IMG/VR virus record: IMGVR_UViG_3300033074_001674
Span: 32,001-96,000 of that record
DNA from: a virus
Taxonomy: Duplodnaviria > Caudoviricetes
Reading direction: 5' to 3' (one strand)
DNA length: 64,000 nt
Shown here: positions 17,460 to 26,140 of the stretch, piece by piece
Layout of the letters: every line of letters starts with the position of its first letter
How positions within the stretch are numbered: position 1 is the first letter of the stretch
Position numbers and translations under genes: made by a program
Notes under the pieces: generated by a model
Databases searched by the model: none
The model's input: only the letters and a program-made list of their open reading frames with translations
Told to the model about the DNA's origin: nothing

Positions 17460-19137
17460 CGCTTAATGCCTCATATGAAGCAACAATTTGCGTAGGGCTA
17501 TAATTCATTAGACTAAACATATATGTAACACCAGACCCGAGTGTGGCTGGCCTACTGCCCAACCATTTGATTGACGAATCAAAGGTGACGCCAACGGTGC
17601 CAACCGCTGTAACGAATAGCTGCTTCTCGCTTGATAGGTAGCTTAAGTTATAAGGAGTAAACAATCCAGTTGTCGAAACTGAGAAAGTTTGCACCTTCGC
17701 ACCTTGCATATCTATGCGTAGGTCGCCAGAAATTGAGCCAGAAGAGGCTATCTGGCAAGCAGTATTGCTAAGCAGTAGCTGTGCTGGAGATTTTGTCTCT
17801 GGGTTAAACAAAGCAAGCTTTGTGTACGAGCCAGAAGGCAAAATACCGATACTAGCTACTGAGAAAGCCGCTGGATGGGTCGCAGAATCTGCAGACCAAC
17901 AAATGCCGGCATCTCCATTTAATTTTATTGATTCATAATTAATGTTGTTTGTAATTGAGAAATCATTGCTGTAATATGTGATTCCTCCAGCCTTGGCCAG
18001 GACGCTAGCAGCCCTAACAACTGAAGTATTAACATCTCGTATATATATATCTCTGCAAGAAATATCTGCTCCTCCATTAATACCGCTAACTGCAAGGGCA
18101 TTTCCATTTCCAGATGGGCCAATTATTAATTCTGGACCAAGACGAATTAGGCTAGGACCTATACCTCCGCCATCTCTAAGAATAAGAGCGCCATTAAGGT
18201 CTGAAGCCAACATAGTTCCACTAGCAGTTTCGGCTCCAATAACCAATCCTGTAGGATAAATTGTAGAAGACGAGCCGCCGCCACCTGTTATATTATGCGT
18301 TCCAAGAACTGTTAGGTCTCCAACAGTCAGACTAGCTGGACCACTTGTTGATGGATTTGTTAGGGCCAGCGAGCCAACCCCAGAGCGGACAATCGCAGAA
18401 TCCAAGTCTGTCGGCGCAAAACTAGACATATCCTCGACAGATGACCACATTAGGCTCAATCCGGAGCCAAACAGCAGCCCTCCTCTACCTGCTTCCTCTC
18501 CCCAATATCTATTGGGAGTAAGGACATATCTATATGTAGAATCAATTAGCGCGACATTTCTAGATGAGCTGCCAATACTCACTTCCCCTGAGGTAACTGC
18601 CATAGCGAGCTGATTATTAATTGAAATATCAACTTCATTTCCATCAAATGGCGCCCTAATATATCTTACTTTGATGCTGCTATCTGATGCTGACGCGCTT
18701 CCATGACCAACAATTATCAATGAGCCATTCTCATCAGAGCGCAACTCTACTCCGCTAAGCACTGGAGACGTTGGGCCAAGCAAAATTCCAGTAGAGGATA
18801 CAGACGTAGATGCTCCGCCAGTAATATTGTGGCTACCAAGAACAGTTAGGTCACCGACAGTTAGGTTGGCTGGACCACTTGTAATTGGATTAGTTAATGC
18901 TAGAGAGCTAACGCCAGACCGACCAATAATGATATCTGGCAATCCACCTGGATTACTATTGGAGGAGAAGCGAATAAAGGCCCCAGAAGCCATAGCTAAA
19001 ACATCGCCGTCATCAACCAGAATGCCAGATGCAGAGCCAGTCCTGTCTCCAGCGCCCAAAGTTGATTGCAACGTATCAATTACGTTGCCGCCTCCGCCGC
19101 CTGCGCTTGGTGATACTGGTCCAACTATACTACTCAT
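17452..19137 (-). CDS. tail-fibre-like protein with internal repeats
   Basis: 561 aa, G/S-rich; repeated RSGVxSLALTNPxTSGPAxLTVGDLTVLGxHNITGG; C-terminal VTFDSSIKWLG-type domain. Confidence 0.65.
   Translation of the reverse strand: MSSIVGPVSPSAGGGGGNVIDTLQSTLGAGDRTGSASGILVDDGDVLAMASGAFIRFSSNSNPGGLPDIIIGRSGVSSLALTNPITSGPANLTVGDLTVLGSHNITGGASTSVSSTGILLGPTSPVLSGVELRSDENGSLIIVGHGSASASDSSIKVRYIRAPFDGNEVDISINNQLAMAVTSGEVSIGSSSRNVALIDSTYRYVLTPNRYWGEEAGRGGLLFGSGLSLMWSSVEDMSSFAPTDLDSAIVRSGVGSLALTNPSTSGPASLTVGDLTVLGTHNITGGGGSSSTIYPTGLVIGAETASGTMLASDLNGALILRDGGGIGPSLIRLGPELIIGPSGNGNALAVSGINGGADISCRDIYIRDVNTSVVRAASVLAKAGGITYYSNDFSITNNINYESIKLNGDAGICWSADSATHPAAFSVASIGILPSGSYTKLALFNPETKSPAQLLLSNTACQIASSGSISGDLRIDMQGAKVQTFSVSTTGLFTPYNLSYLSSEKQLFVTAVGTVGVTFDSSIKWLGSRPATLGSGVTYMFSLMNYSPTQIVASYEALSDG
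18281..18921 (-). repeat. intragenic duplicated module of ~107 bp (copies at ~18815-18921 and ~18281-18388)
   Basis: Near-identical 36-aa segments within the tail-fibre-like ORF. Confidence 0.8.
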
Positions 19138-19150
19138 TCGCGCCCCTTAT

Positions 19151-19168
19151 CTATAGGGATTAATACAC
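19151..19168 (-). promoter_or_regulatory. candidate late-promoter motif GTGTAT-N6-CTATAG
   Basis: Intergenic, upstream of the tail-fibre-like gene. Confidence 0.4.
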
Positions 19169-19201
19169 GCGCAATGGACCGTGACACTAATATGACTGGA
19201 A

Positions 19202-19564
19202 TTACGCTGTTCCGACACCGCTCGGGGTAACGTCGGTATCTGTCGTGCCATCGGTGGCTCCAACAGCCTCTCCAGCGACGCTATAAATTGTCCATGCGTC
19301 TGGATGGAATAGCTTGCGCTCTGTAGAAGTCAAATTAGCTCCAAGAGAGCCAGTTGCAACCATATGGGAAGCTGAAACGTGACGGCCCTCATTGCGAACA
19401 ACATTAAGCTCTAGCTGTCCCCATTCGTTATCCGTCACGGTAAATTTCGCACGTTCTACGCTATTGTCTGCTGTTTGCTGGGATAGAGAAAGGCCACTTG
19501 TAAAAGTGTTTCCTCCGTGCCTGCCAAATGTTAGTCCAAAAACTGGATATGTGTAGCTACTCAT
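19202..19564 (-). CDS. putative virion protein
   Basis: T/G/S-rich, in the structural block. Confidence 0.5.
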   Translation of the reverse strand: MSSYTYPVFGLTFGRHGGNTFTSGLSLSQQTADNSVERAKFTVTDNEWGQLELNVVRNEGRHVSASHMVATGSLGANLTSTERKLFHPDAWTIYSVAGEAVGATDGTTDTDVTPSGVGTA

Positions 19565-19941
19565 TAGCTGCCGAATATCCTTTCAATGACTGTGTCATCT
19601 AGGCTTTCTGTCACTTTGACAGTCGGCTGCTGAGAAACTACAGATAAATCTAATTTATCGTTTGATACAGTTGGGGCGGGGATAGTTTCCCCTGGCACAA
19701 CAAACACGCGCTCGATAAGTGAGCCATCCTCAGAGCTAGTTAATTTGGTTGAATTACTGCCCTTGACAAGGGTGACTTCCTCCTCTTCATAGGCTGCAAT
19801 TACTGGCGCTGGACGGACATATACTGTAGTTTCAATGTCTGCTTGGGTCCCAGCCTCGTTTACAGTAATCGCCTGTCCTAAATTTCTATAGGAGTGGTTA
19901 ATTGGAGTAATTTTGCTGCCATCAGAATTGCGGCTACCCAT
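19564..19941 (-). CDS. putative virion protein
   Basis: V/T/E/S-rich; translationally coupled. Confidence 0.5.
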   Translation of the reverse strand: MGSRNSDGSKITPINHSYRNLGQAITVNEAGTQADIETTVYVRPAPVIAAYEEEEVTLVKGSNSTKLTSSEDGSLIERVFVVPGETIPAPTVSNDKLDLSVVSQQPTVKVTESLDDTVIERIFGS

Positions 19942-20447
19942 TACTCGCTATTGGCCTTTCTCTCGACAACTTCATCAGTCACAGACTGACCCTCTACAAC
20001 CTTATTGCCTGTATGGCGTATGGCCAATTGTGGCACGTTCGGAACTAGATAGTCAGGGACCACAGCATCGGTCTGATTATCGCCGAGGTCCACAATCACA
20101 GCCCGAGAAGCGGCGGCATTATCAGCATCGCTTGGCACGCGGTCCACTATATTGGTGCGGGCCATCATTGTGACGCCCCAAACCAAATTCTCATGATATT
20201 CTACAGTATTGTCATCCTTGACAATCGAGCCAGACCCTATGGCGCGGTCATCCTCTCGAACAACCTTGCCGCCAACAGTGTCATTTGTGGCGTATGTTTC
20301 TGTAATTAAAACAGGCCGCTTCCTAAATGTTATGGAAGTCTTTGGTACTACAGGTGTTAATGTTCCAGATAAAGAACCCATTAGGCAGGCCATCCTTTCG
20401 CCACCAGGTAAAGAACTGGTATTATTCCAGAACCTATAATTACCCAC
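19941..20447 (-). CDS. putative virion protein
   Basis: V/T/D-rich; translationally coupled. Confidence 0.5.
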   Translation of the reverse strand: MGNYRFWNNTSSLPGGERMACLMGSLSGTLTPVVPKTSITFRKRPVLITETYATNDTVGGKVVREDDRAIGSGSIVKDDNTVEYHENLVWGVTMMARTNIVDRVPSDADNAAASRAVIVDLGDNQTDAVVPDYLVPNVPQLAIRHTGNKVVEGQSVTDEVVERKANSE

Positions 20448-20674
20448 TGGACGCGTATTGATGTTATAAGTTCAGACAACTTAGATGTTATCTTAGATTC
20501 GGACTCGGCAACCCTCTTGTCCGCTCCACCAATTTTAGACACCATATCTTTCATAAGGTGAGTCTGTGCAGCCATTTCTAAGCGGACGCCCTGTAATTGA
20601 TGCGTGTTTTCCCTAAGAGCGTCTATATGCGCTTGGGCTAGAAGCTCTTGGGTATTGCTAGTTGCTGGAGGCAT
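20381..20674 (-). CDS. coiled-coil protein with C-terminal TM (holin-like architecture)
   Basis: Heptads followed by VQWVIIGSGIIPVLYLV. Confidence 0.45.
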   Translation of the reverse strand: MPPATSNTQELLAQAHIDALRENTHQLQGVRLEMAAQTHLMKDMVSKIGGADKRVAESESKITSKLSELITSIRVQWVIIGSGIIPVLYLVAKGWPA

Positions 20675-20678
20675 TTAA

Positions 20679-21122
20679 CTAGCTCTTGCGATATCTCAGG
20701 CCAACCCGTGCATTAACTTCATAATCAGTAACGCCAGGGCTTAGCGCAGAGCTTACCGAATAATGAACCTGTAGAACATCTCCACTAGCAAGTGCAACCT
20801 CGCTATTATCTTCGGTATGCCAGAACTTGCTAGCTACAGCGGGCACGGCACTGTTAAGTACGCCGCTATGGACTAGCGCACCATTCTGGTGAAGTGCAAC
20901 GGAGAGCGTTCCGGCAGTTAGCGCAGGGCTAACATTTACCACCATAAAATCCAGGAGCCCATTTTCAGGAGTCACGAATCTATTGGTGCCAGCAGCAGTC
21001 GCGGCAGTAGAGTGCCCAACTACGCCAGAAAGTGAGCCGACGCCTACACTCAGGACATCATAGCCTCTAACGGCTGGCTTGCCAAGTAGTTCTTTATTAC
21101 GACGCTTATACTCTTTGCCCAT
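20679..21122 (-). CDS. putative virion beta-sandwich protein
   Basis: GGAGG RBS before ATG 21122; ...LASGDVLQVHY. Confidence 0.55.
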   Translation of the reverse strand: MGKEYKRRNKELLGKPAVRGYDVLSVGVGSLSGVVGHSTAATAAGTNRFVTPENGLLDFMVVNVSPALTAGTLSVALHQNGALVHSGVLNSAVPAVASKFWHTEDNSEVALASGDVLQVHYSVSSALSPGVTDYEVNARVGLRYRKS

Positions 21123-21172
21123 TGATTCCTCCAGCAACGATTTCTGCAAAAGCAGAACTGCAATGTTTTACG

Positions 21173-21189
21173 CTGCTAGAATAATACAC
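21173..21189 (-). promoter_or_regulatory. candidate late-promoter motif GTGTAT-N4-CTAGCAG
   Basis: Intergenic, at the head of the structural block. Confidence 0.4.
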
Positions 21190-21205
21190 CAGAGGAGTCA
21201 ATTAG

Positions 21206-21634
21206 CTACCAGCCAAGCATCACCTTAAACGCACGTTCAAGGGCCAACTTTAGCAAAACCGCTTCATCCCACGATATAGGGAGAGAAACGGCTACGGGCT
21301 GACCACCACCCTCCTGGGCCGAGGCTCTAAGATAATATCCATTATCTTGCGCAGCAACCTTTACAATTTTATTACCTTTCTCATTCTTATGGAAAAGCTC
21401 TAGAGCAGGGCCGCCAGCTAGCAGCAAAAGGAACTTGCCAATATCTGCCTGGCCTAATTTTACAATTATCTTAGAATCCCAATCATAAGGGCGAACATCA
21501 TCTTTAGGCCTAATCTGATTGGCTAATTCTAGGAAAACACAGTCCTTTTTAGACCCGAGCTGAAATTGTGCGGCTGAGCCGGTGCCCTTTGAATTGGCCT
21601 TATAAATACAAAATGCTTCATGATACTTCGCCAT
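21206..21634 (-). CDS. Whirly-like single-stranded DNA-binding protein
   Basis: FCIYK, VFLELA, VRPYDWDSKIIVKLGQADIG, LELFH, VSLPISWDEAVLL are collinear with plant Whirly domain motifs (recalled, not searched). Confidence 0.65.
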   Translation of the reverse strand: MAKYHEAFCIYKANSKGTGSAAQFQLGSKKDCVFLELANQIRPKDDVRPYDWDSKIIVKLGQADIGKFLLLLAGGPALELFHKNEKGNKIVKVAAQDNGYYLRASAQEGGGQPVAVSLPISWDEAVLLKLALERAFKVMLGW

Positions 21635-21816
21635 TACTTAAACTTCGCTTTCACACAAGGACAAATTACTTTCTTTCCATATGCAAAGATTCCATCACTA
21701 ATTGATGGTTGCCAATAGAAAGTTCCAGTGCCATTGCACTGTTTGCAGTTCTTTTTAGGCTTAGCTACCGCCTTTTTGGATTCTTGTAGCTTTTCCTGAC
21801 CTTTAAAAATCTTCAC
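21634..21816 (-). CDS. small Zn-finger protein
   Basis: CKQCNGTG...CPC. Confidence 0.55.
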   Translation of the reverse strand: MKIFKGQEKLQESKKAVAKPKKNCKQCNGTGTFYWQPSISDGIFAYGKKVICPCVKAKFK

Positions 21817-22406
21817 TACTTCTTCCCCTTGGCCGCAGCCCCGGCCTTCTTGTTTAGATGTGTAATAAGTGCGATTCCGTCATCCATTGACAGTGACTTA
21901 ATTGGCACTTCCTTACCTATTACATCTCTAATTAGGTCTGCCTCAGAAATGCCAAGCTTTTCACGCAAATGACATATTAGCATTTCCTGGTGTGCTCCGA
22001 TTTTAGATACAGGGGCACTCACAAAATCCTCCAGGGCCGCACCCTTTTCTTCAACAGAGCACAGGCTTATATTAAATGCCGCTCTTAATGCGCGAGCCTT
22101 TGCTCTACTCTCTGCTATAGCAGTTAAAAACTTGCCGAAATCTCCCTTGCAAGATTCAATTGTGGCGTCTGCGCTGCCCTCATATGTGCCATCCTCGAAA
22201 TGATATGTATAAGTGCACATTACTCCATAAAAGTTGTTTCCAGCAGACATTGGGACAGGCCTGGACGCAGTCCCTTTTAATCCTCTATCTCTGGCAAGCT
22301 TCTCTAGTCCACGCAGGTAAATAAACTTTTTATCACCCTCGACCTTAATATCTTCCTCTGCAACATCCTGAATATAATCATATGTTGGGTCAAATTTCTT
22401 GGACAT
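21816..22406 (-). CDS. putative single-strand annealing protein (Rad52/RecT-like)
   Basis: IYLRGLEKLA...YEGSADA...AIAESRAKARALRAAFNI. Confidence 0.6.
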   Translation of the reverse strand: MSKKFDPTYDYIQDVAEEDIKVEGDKKFIYLRGLEKLARDRGLKGTASRPVPMSAGNNFYGVMCTYTYHFEDGTYEGSADATIESCKGDFGKFLTAIAESRAKARALRAAFNISLCSVEEKGAALEDFVSAPVSKIGAHQEMLICHLREKLGISEADLIRDVIGKEVPIKSLSMDDGIALITHLNKKAGAAAKGKK

Positions 22407-23013
22407 TCTTAACTCCTATTAAATCCCTTATATCTCCGTAATAACACATCTGATTTTCCGGTCGATTTAACGACTCATCATTGCCTAATGCATACCAGCC
22501 AGGCCATTGTTGGCGCGCAAACATTTCTAATTTCTTAACTGGAGAACCTTCCTCTTCGACTATTCTCTCTATATATTTATAGAGTTCGTCAGGTTTTCTA
22601 GAATGACCTCTGACCAACGCATCGAATTCCTGCTCCACATTTTGTGCATATCTCTTAGGGTTGCCAATTTTCCCCGCCAACACCGGCTCAACTGAGCCCT
22701 GCGAGCAGCATCGACCATAAGATTTGGCCTTTTTGCCATTCTTTGTTCTCTTAGTCCAGTAAAATGCCACAGTCTTATATGTGAAACCCCATGCCTCCAT
22801 CAGTTCTATGGCATTCTTAATTTCGGCATTGGCGGCCCACATAAATAGCCAGCAATTCTTGTTGCAAATAGATTTAACATCTAGCCTTTTCATATCAGAT
22901 AGTTTTAGTGTTGGATATTGATATTGAACGGCTAATGAATATTTGCCGAAGTATGCTGCCTCGAACCCCCAAGGAGGGTCGGCAAGCAATACATCAAATT
23001 TCTCTTTAATCAT
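22390..23013 (-). CDS. MT-A70 family N6-adenine methyltransferase
   Basis: ADPPW, LFMW, AWGFTYKT, HSRKPDE, LEMFAR, GW..LGN. Confidence 0.9.
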   Translation of the reverse strand: MIKEKFDVLLADPPWGFEAAYFGKYSLAVQYQYPTLKLSDMKRLDVKSICNKNCWLFMWAANAEIKNAIELMEAWGFTYKTVAFYWTKRTKNGKKAKSYGRCCSQGSVEPVLAGKIGNPKRYAQNVEQEFDALVRGHSRKPDELYKYIERIVEEEGSPVKKLEMFARQQWPGWYALGNDESLNRPENQMCYYGDIRDLIGVKNVQEI

Positions 23014-23399
23014 TAACGCCGCCTCTTAAAGAATAGAACTAAGTTATCTTCTTCATGTTCCAGTTGAGATGTGTATATTTTCCCTCTAAATCTTACTGAG
23101 GCGCCATCATTTGTAACATCTTCCAATTTAAATACATACATATCCAAATTGGAGACTTGCTCAAAAGTCGCTGTTTCGAAATCTATAATCGCGCCACTAT
23201 TCTTATCTATTAGATAAAGCTTATCTGACCAGATTATCTTATCATTAAGGATTATGCTTTCACGATTTTTGTCATCATTTGACTGTACAAAACCAGTTGC
23301 CTTTAAATTATCATACCACTGTTTTGGCTCTTCTTCTTGGCCATAGGCCGCCATACAAAACATTGATATGGCTAAAAGACTAGAATAAAAAAATCTCAT
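23013..23399 (-). CDS. exported hypothetical protein
   Basis: Signal peptide MRFFYSSLLAISMFCMAAYG. Confidence 0.5.
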   Translation of the reverse strand: MRFFYSSLLAISMFCMAAYGQEEEPKQWYDNLKATGFVQSNDDKNRESIILNDKIIWSDKLYLIDKNSGAIIDFETATFEQVSNLDMYVFKLEDVTNDGASVRFRGKIYTSQLEHEEDNLVLFFKRRR

Positions 23400-23400
23400 A

Positions 23401-23973
23401 TTAATCATCCCCATGTAATTTCCCACGCTCATAAAATGATGTTAAATAAGCGTCCTGCATATCTGATGCATGAACTATAAGGGCCTCAGGCGTAGCGGGC
23501 TCTACTGGAGAATGCCATTCGAGCCTGCCATGATGGGCTAAAATACAATGTCCAAAGTTAAGCTTTTGCTCATCGCTTATATCATAATTTTCTATATATG
23601 ACATAAGTAGATGATAACCAATAGGAATATGATGATGTAGCATATTAGCACGATTCTTAACAAATTTGTCCCCATTTGGCTCATAACACAGCATTTTGCC
23701 TACATCATGCAACAATGCAGCAGCAACAGTAACATTCATATCCACATTAGGATAAAGTAAACAAGTTTGTCCAGCCAATCTGGCGGTGAGCACACTGTGG
23801 TCGAACAGTCCGCCCTTATATGAGTGATGCTTATTGCATGAGGCAGGCCATGTTGTAAACTTTTCGTAATGCTCGTTCAAGAAATCTATTGCAAAATCAG
23901 CCCACTTATTCGAGAGCCACATCTTGGCCCATTGTTCGAATTCTTCTGGTTTAATTATATTCGGATTCTTCAA
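23401..23973 (-). CDS. HD-domain protein, YhaM/Cbf1-like 3'-5' exonuclease
   Basis: PAS..HHSYKGGLFDHS, LLHDVGK, HCILAHHG..EW.SP..P.TPEA..VH..D. Confidence 0.85.
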   Translation of the reverse strand: MKNPNIIKPEEFEQWAKMWLSNKWADFAIDFLNEHYEKFTTWPASCNKHHSYKGGLFDHSVLTARLAGQTCLLYPNVDMNVTVAAALLHDVGKMLCYEPNGDKFVKNRANMLHHHIPIGYHLLMSYIENYDISDEQKLNFGHCILAHHGRLEWHSPVEPATPEALIVHASDMQDAYLTSFYERGKLHGDD

Positions 23974-24157
23974 CTTCGGCTATCCTTTCAATGGTCCCTG
24001 CAAGCCCCTTGCCTATTTTCTCGCAGAATTTGCCAAATTCATTAACAGTCATAACTATATCGCCATCTATAGATAGTTCGCTCTTTTTAATGCCTTTAAA
24101 CACTTCGCGCCTAAAAACTCTTAATAGAGTGCCCAAATTAATACGCACTTTTGTCAC
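23951..24157 (-). CDS. hypothetical protein
   Basis: GTGA overlap with the upstream gene. Confidence 0.5.
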   Translation of the reverse strand: MTKVRINLGTLLRVFRREVFKGIKKSELSIDGDIVMTVNEFGKFCEKIGKGLAGTIERIAEVEESEYN

Positions 24158-24945
24158 TTTGCCTCTACAATATGTAACGTGTTATGCGGCCCATTCTTTA
24201 AAATCATCAGTATAGCATCAACTGTTCTAGTACAAAAAGCCCTAGAATATCCACTGCTCATATCCCTACATCTAATTACAGTCCATCCTGCGCTAATTAA
24301 AAGGTCATCTTTCCGCGCATCCTTTTCTTGAACAACGGCCAATCTTTCCTCTCCATAAATAGGAAGGAAGTGCGTTGCTCCATCCCACTCTATTGCCATT
24401 TTGTGGTCTGGCAGCGCGATGTCAATTTCAAATTGACCACCTGGAGTATATTCTTTGGAGCGCTGAACCACATTGAATCCTTGCTCTTCAAGTAAAGCGG
24501 CCACGGCATTTTCACTTTTGCTGCCCTTACCAGATGAGTTTGCGCTAGCGAGATGCATTCGCTTAATTATTTCATTACGTTCCTTTTCAGAAAGTCCATC
24601 CCATTGGTCTTTGGCGAGTTTGGCCAATTTCTTCCGCAAGTTCTCTGCGCGCTTATTCTTCTTATCTGAATCTGCATGCCAGAAGTGGTGCAGGCCCAAA
24701 GAAATTTTCTCCTTTTCCTCCTCGGTCCTAGACCTCCCCTCCATTGGGTGGCCATTCCTATTCAGGTTAATCTTTTGCGCATCGCTCTTTGAGCGGGGCT
24801 GGATTCCCTGTCGTATTAGTTCTCTTCTTATGGTATTAGGGAATACCCCGTGTTCATCCGCGATATCTGATGTGGAACGCTTTTTAACTACGAATTCCCG
24901 ATAAAGATACTCAGGGTCTTTCCAGGCTCCAAAACTTTTCTTCAT
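24154..24945 (-). CDS. putative homing endonuclease: HTH + NUMOD3-like + DUF559/Vsr-type PD-(D/E)xK
   Basis: HPMEGRSRTEEEKEKIS; SKSE..EIDIALP..AIEWDG..H; KDARKD..L..AGWTVIR. Confidence 0.75.
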   Translation of the reverse strand: MKKSFGAWKDPEYLYREFVVKKRSTSDIADEHGVFPNTIRRELIRQGIQPRSKSDAQKINLNRNGHPMEGRSRTEEEKEKISLGLHHFWHADSDKKNKRAENLRKKLAKLAKDQWDGLSEKERNEIIKRMHLASANSSGKGSKSENAVAALLEEQGFNVVQRSKEYTPGGQFEIDIALPDHKMAIEWDGATHFLPIYGEERLAVVQEKDARKDDLLISAGWTVIRCRDMSSGYSRAFCTRTVDAILMILKNGPHNTLHIVEAK

Positions 24946-25238
24946 TGCGTGTCATCCTCACTATCTAGCCAATCAAAATCGTCATAATCGTCATAATCGT
25001 CATCTGGGGGCCGAGGCATGGCTAGTAAGCCATCTATTATTTCATCCGTTATCTCAACCGGCTCTGCTCTTGGTACAAGACCGATAAATATCGCAGATTC
25101 TACATCTTCCCTACGAAATACATCATCATATCCAACTATCACAATTGGATAGGATTTGACGGCCTCTTCGTAGAAGCCAACTGTCCATCCGTGTCGCCCT
25201 AACATTTTAAGCCAATAAAAGCCGCTTCTTTCAAACAT
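24942..25238 (-). CDS. hypothetical protein
   Basis: RSGFYW N-terminus, acidic tail. Confidence 0.55.
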   Translation of the reverse strand: MFERSGFYWLKMLGRHGWTVGFYEEAVKSYPIVIVGYDDVFRREDVESAIFIGLVPRAEPVEITDEIIDGLLAMPRPPDDDYDDYDDFDWLDSEDDTQ

Positions 25239-25572
25239 TTAACATCTTCCTAATATCTGTTGTTGGAAAACATTCTTCTGCTTCGGCCAAAAATGTATCT
25301 ATGTCTACATTATATTTTTCTAGACAATGCTTAAGACCTAATTTAATATCACCAAGGAAAATAGCATCAACCGGCCGATGGAAGCGCGACTTTTTAGTTA
25401 TTGCCTTTGGCTGCTCAGGCTCTTTAGGCGCCTCTTTTAGAAAGACATCCTCGATTATCATTGAGATTTGGTCTGGTTGAAATGCATTTCTCTTTGTAAT
25501 AAAATAAAATGAGCGGCCATCTTTTTCCACAACATCGCATCTATACTTTATTGTCCCCACGCAATTCCTCAA
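25231..25572 (-). CDS. hypothetical protein
   Basis: ORF in the co-directional run. Confidence 0.5.
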   Translation of the reverse strand: MRNCVGTIKYRCDVVEKDGRSFYFITKRNAFQPDQISMIIEDVFLKEAPKEPEQPKAITKKSRFHRPVDAIFLGDIKLGLKHCLEKYNVDIDTFLAEAEECFPTTDIRKMLNV

Positions 25573-25798
25573 TTTTCTTTTGTTGGACCTTTTTTGTCAT
25601 TCCGCTTTTTCGGATTTCACTAATTTTATCAGCAAGTTCAATTGATTTTCTATATGATGCCAAATGAACTAATTCTTTTCTAATATCTTCCAAAGATAGA
25701 CCGAGCTGTTTAGCGAATGCCTTTGGCGGCGCGCCTCTATCTACCAGCTCCACGAAGATTTTTTGTTGACTCAGACTGAGCTTTCCGCACTCTCTCAT
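25541..25798 (-). CDS. small HTH-like protein, homologous to the N-terminal repeats of 41243..42466
   Basis: FVELVDRGAPPKAFAKQLGLSLEDI..LASYR. Confidence 0.6.
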   Translation of the reverse strand: MRECGKLSLSQQKIFVELVDRGAPPKAFAKQLGLSLEDIRKELVHLASYRKSIELADKISEIRKSGMTKKVQQKKIEELRGDNKV

Positions 25799-25964
25799 TT
25801 CGCCTCACCTCATAAACTGAACTCTCCATAAAACAGTGCCCCTCTGGGCACACAAAATCTTCTGTTATTTTCCCCGTAGTATAGTTAAGTGCTCGCTCCT
25901 TAACATATACAAAACCAACTCCACACTCTGGACAACTTTTATTGTCATCTCTTACATAATACAT
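25737..25964 (-). CDS. Zn-ribbon protein
   Basis: CPECG...CPEGH. Confidence 0.55.
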   Translation of the reverse strand: MYYVRDDNKSCPECGVGFVYVKERALNYTTGKITEDFVCPEGHCFMESSVYEVRRNERVRKAQSESTKNLRGAGR

Positions 25965-26140
25965 AATTCACCTAAATGTTAAATGAAAAGGTCCCCGCCA
26001 GCTCCTGGATTAGCCGAAAAATAACCATATGAAATAATAAGCCATTACACCCAACAATAATATTGAGCAGACAATTCCAGCCTCTGCAGACGATAGTGGA
26101 GCGTCAAATGCTTCCCCATCTTCATTTTCATATAAAGCCA

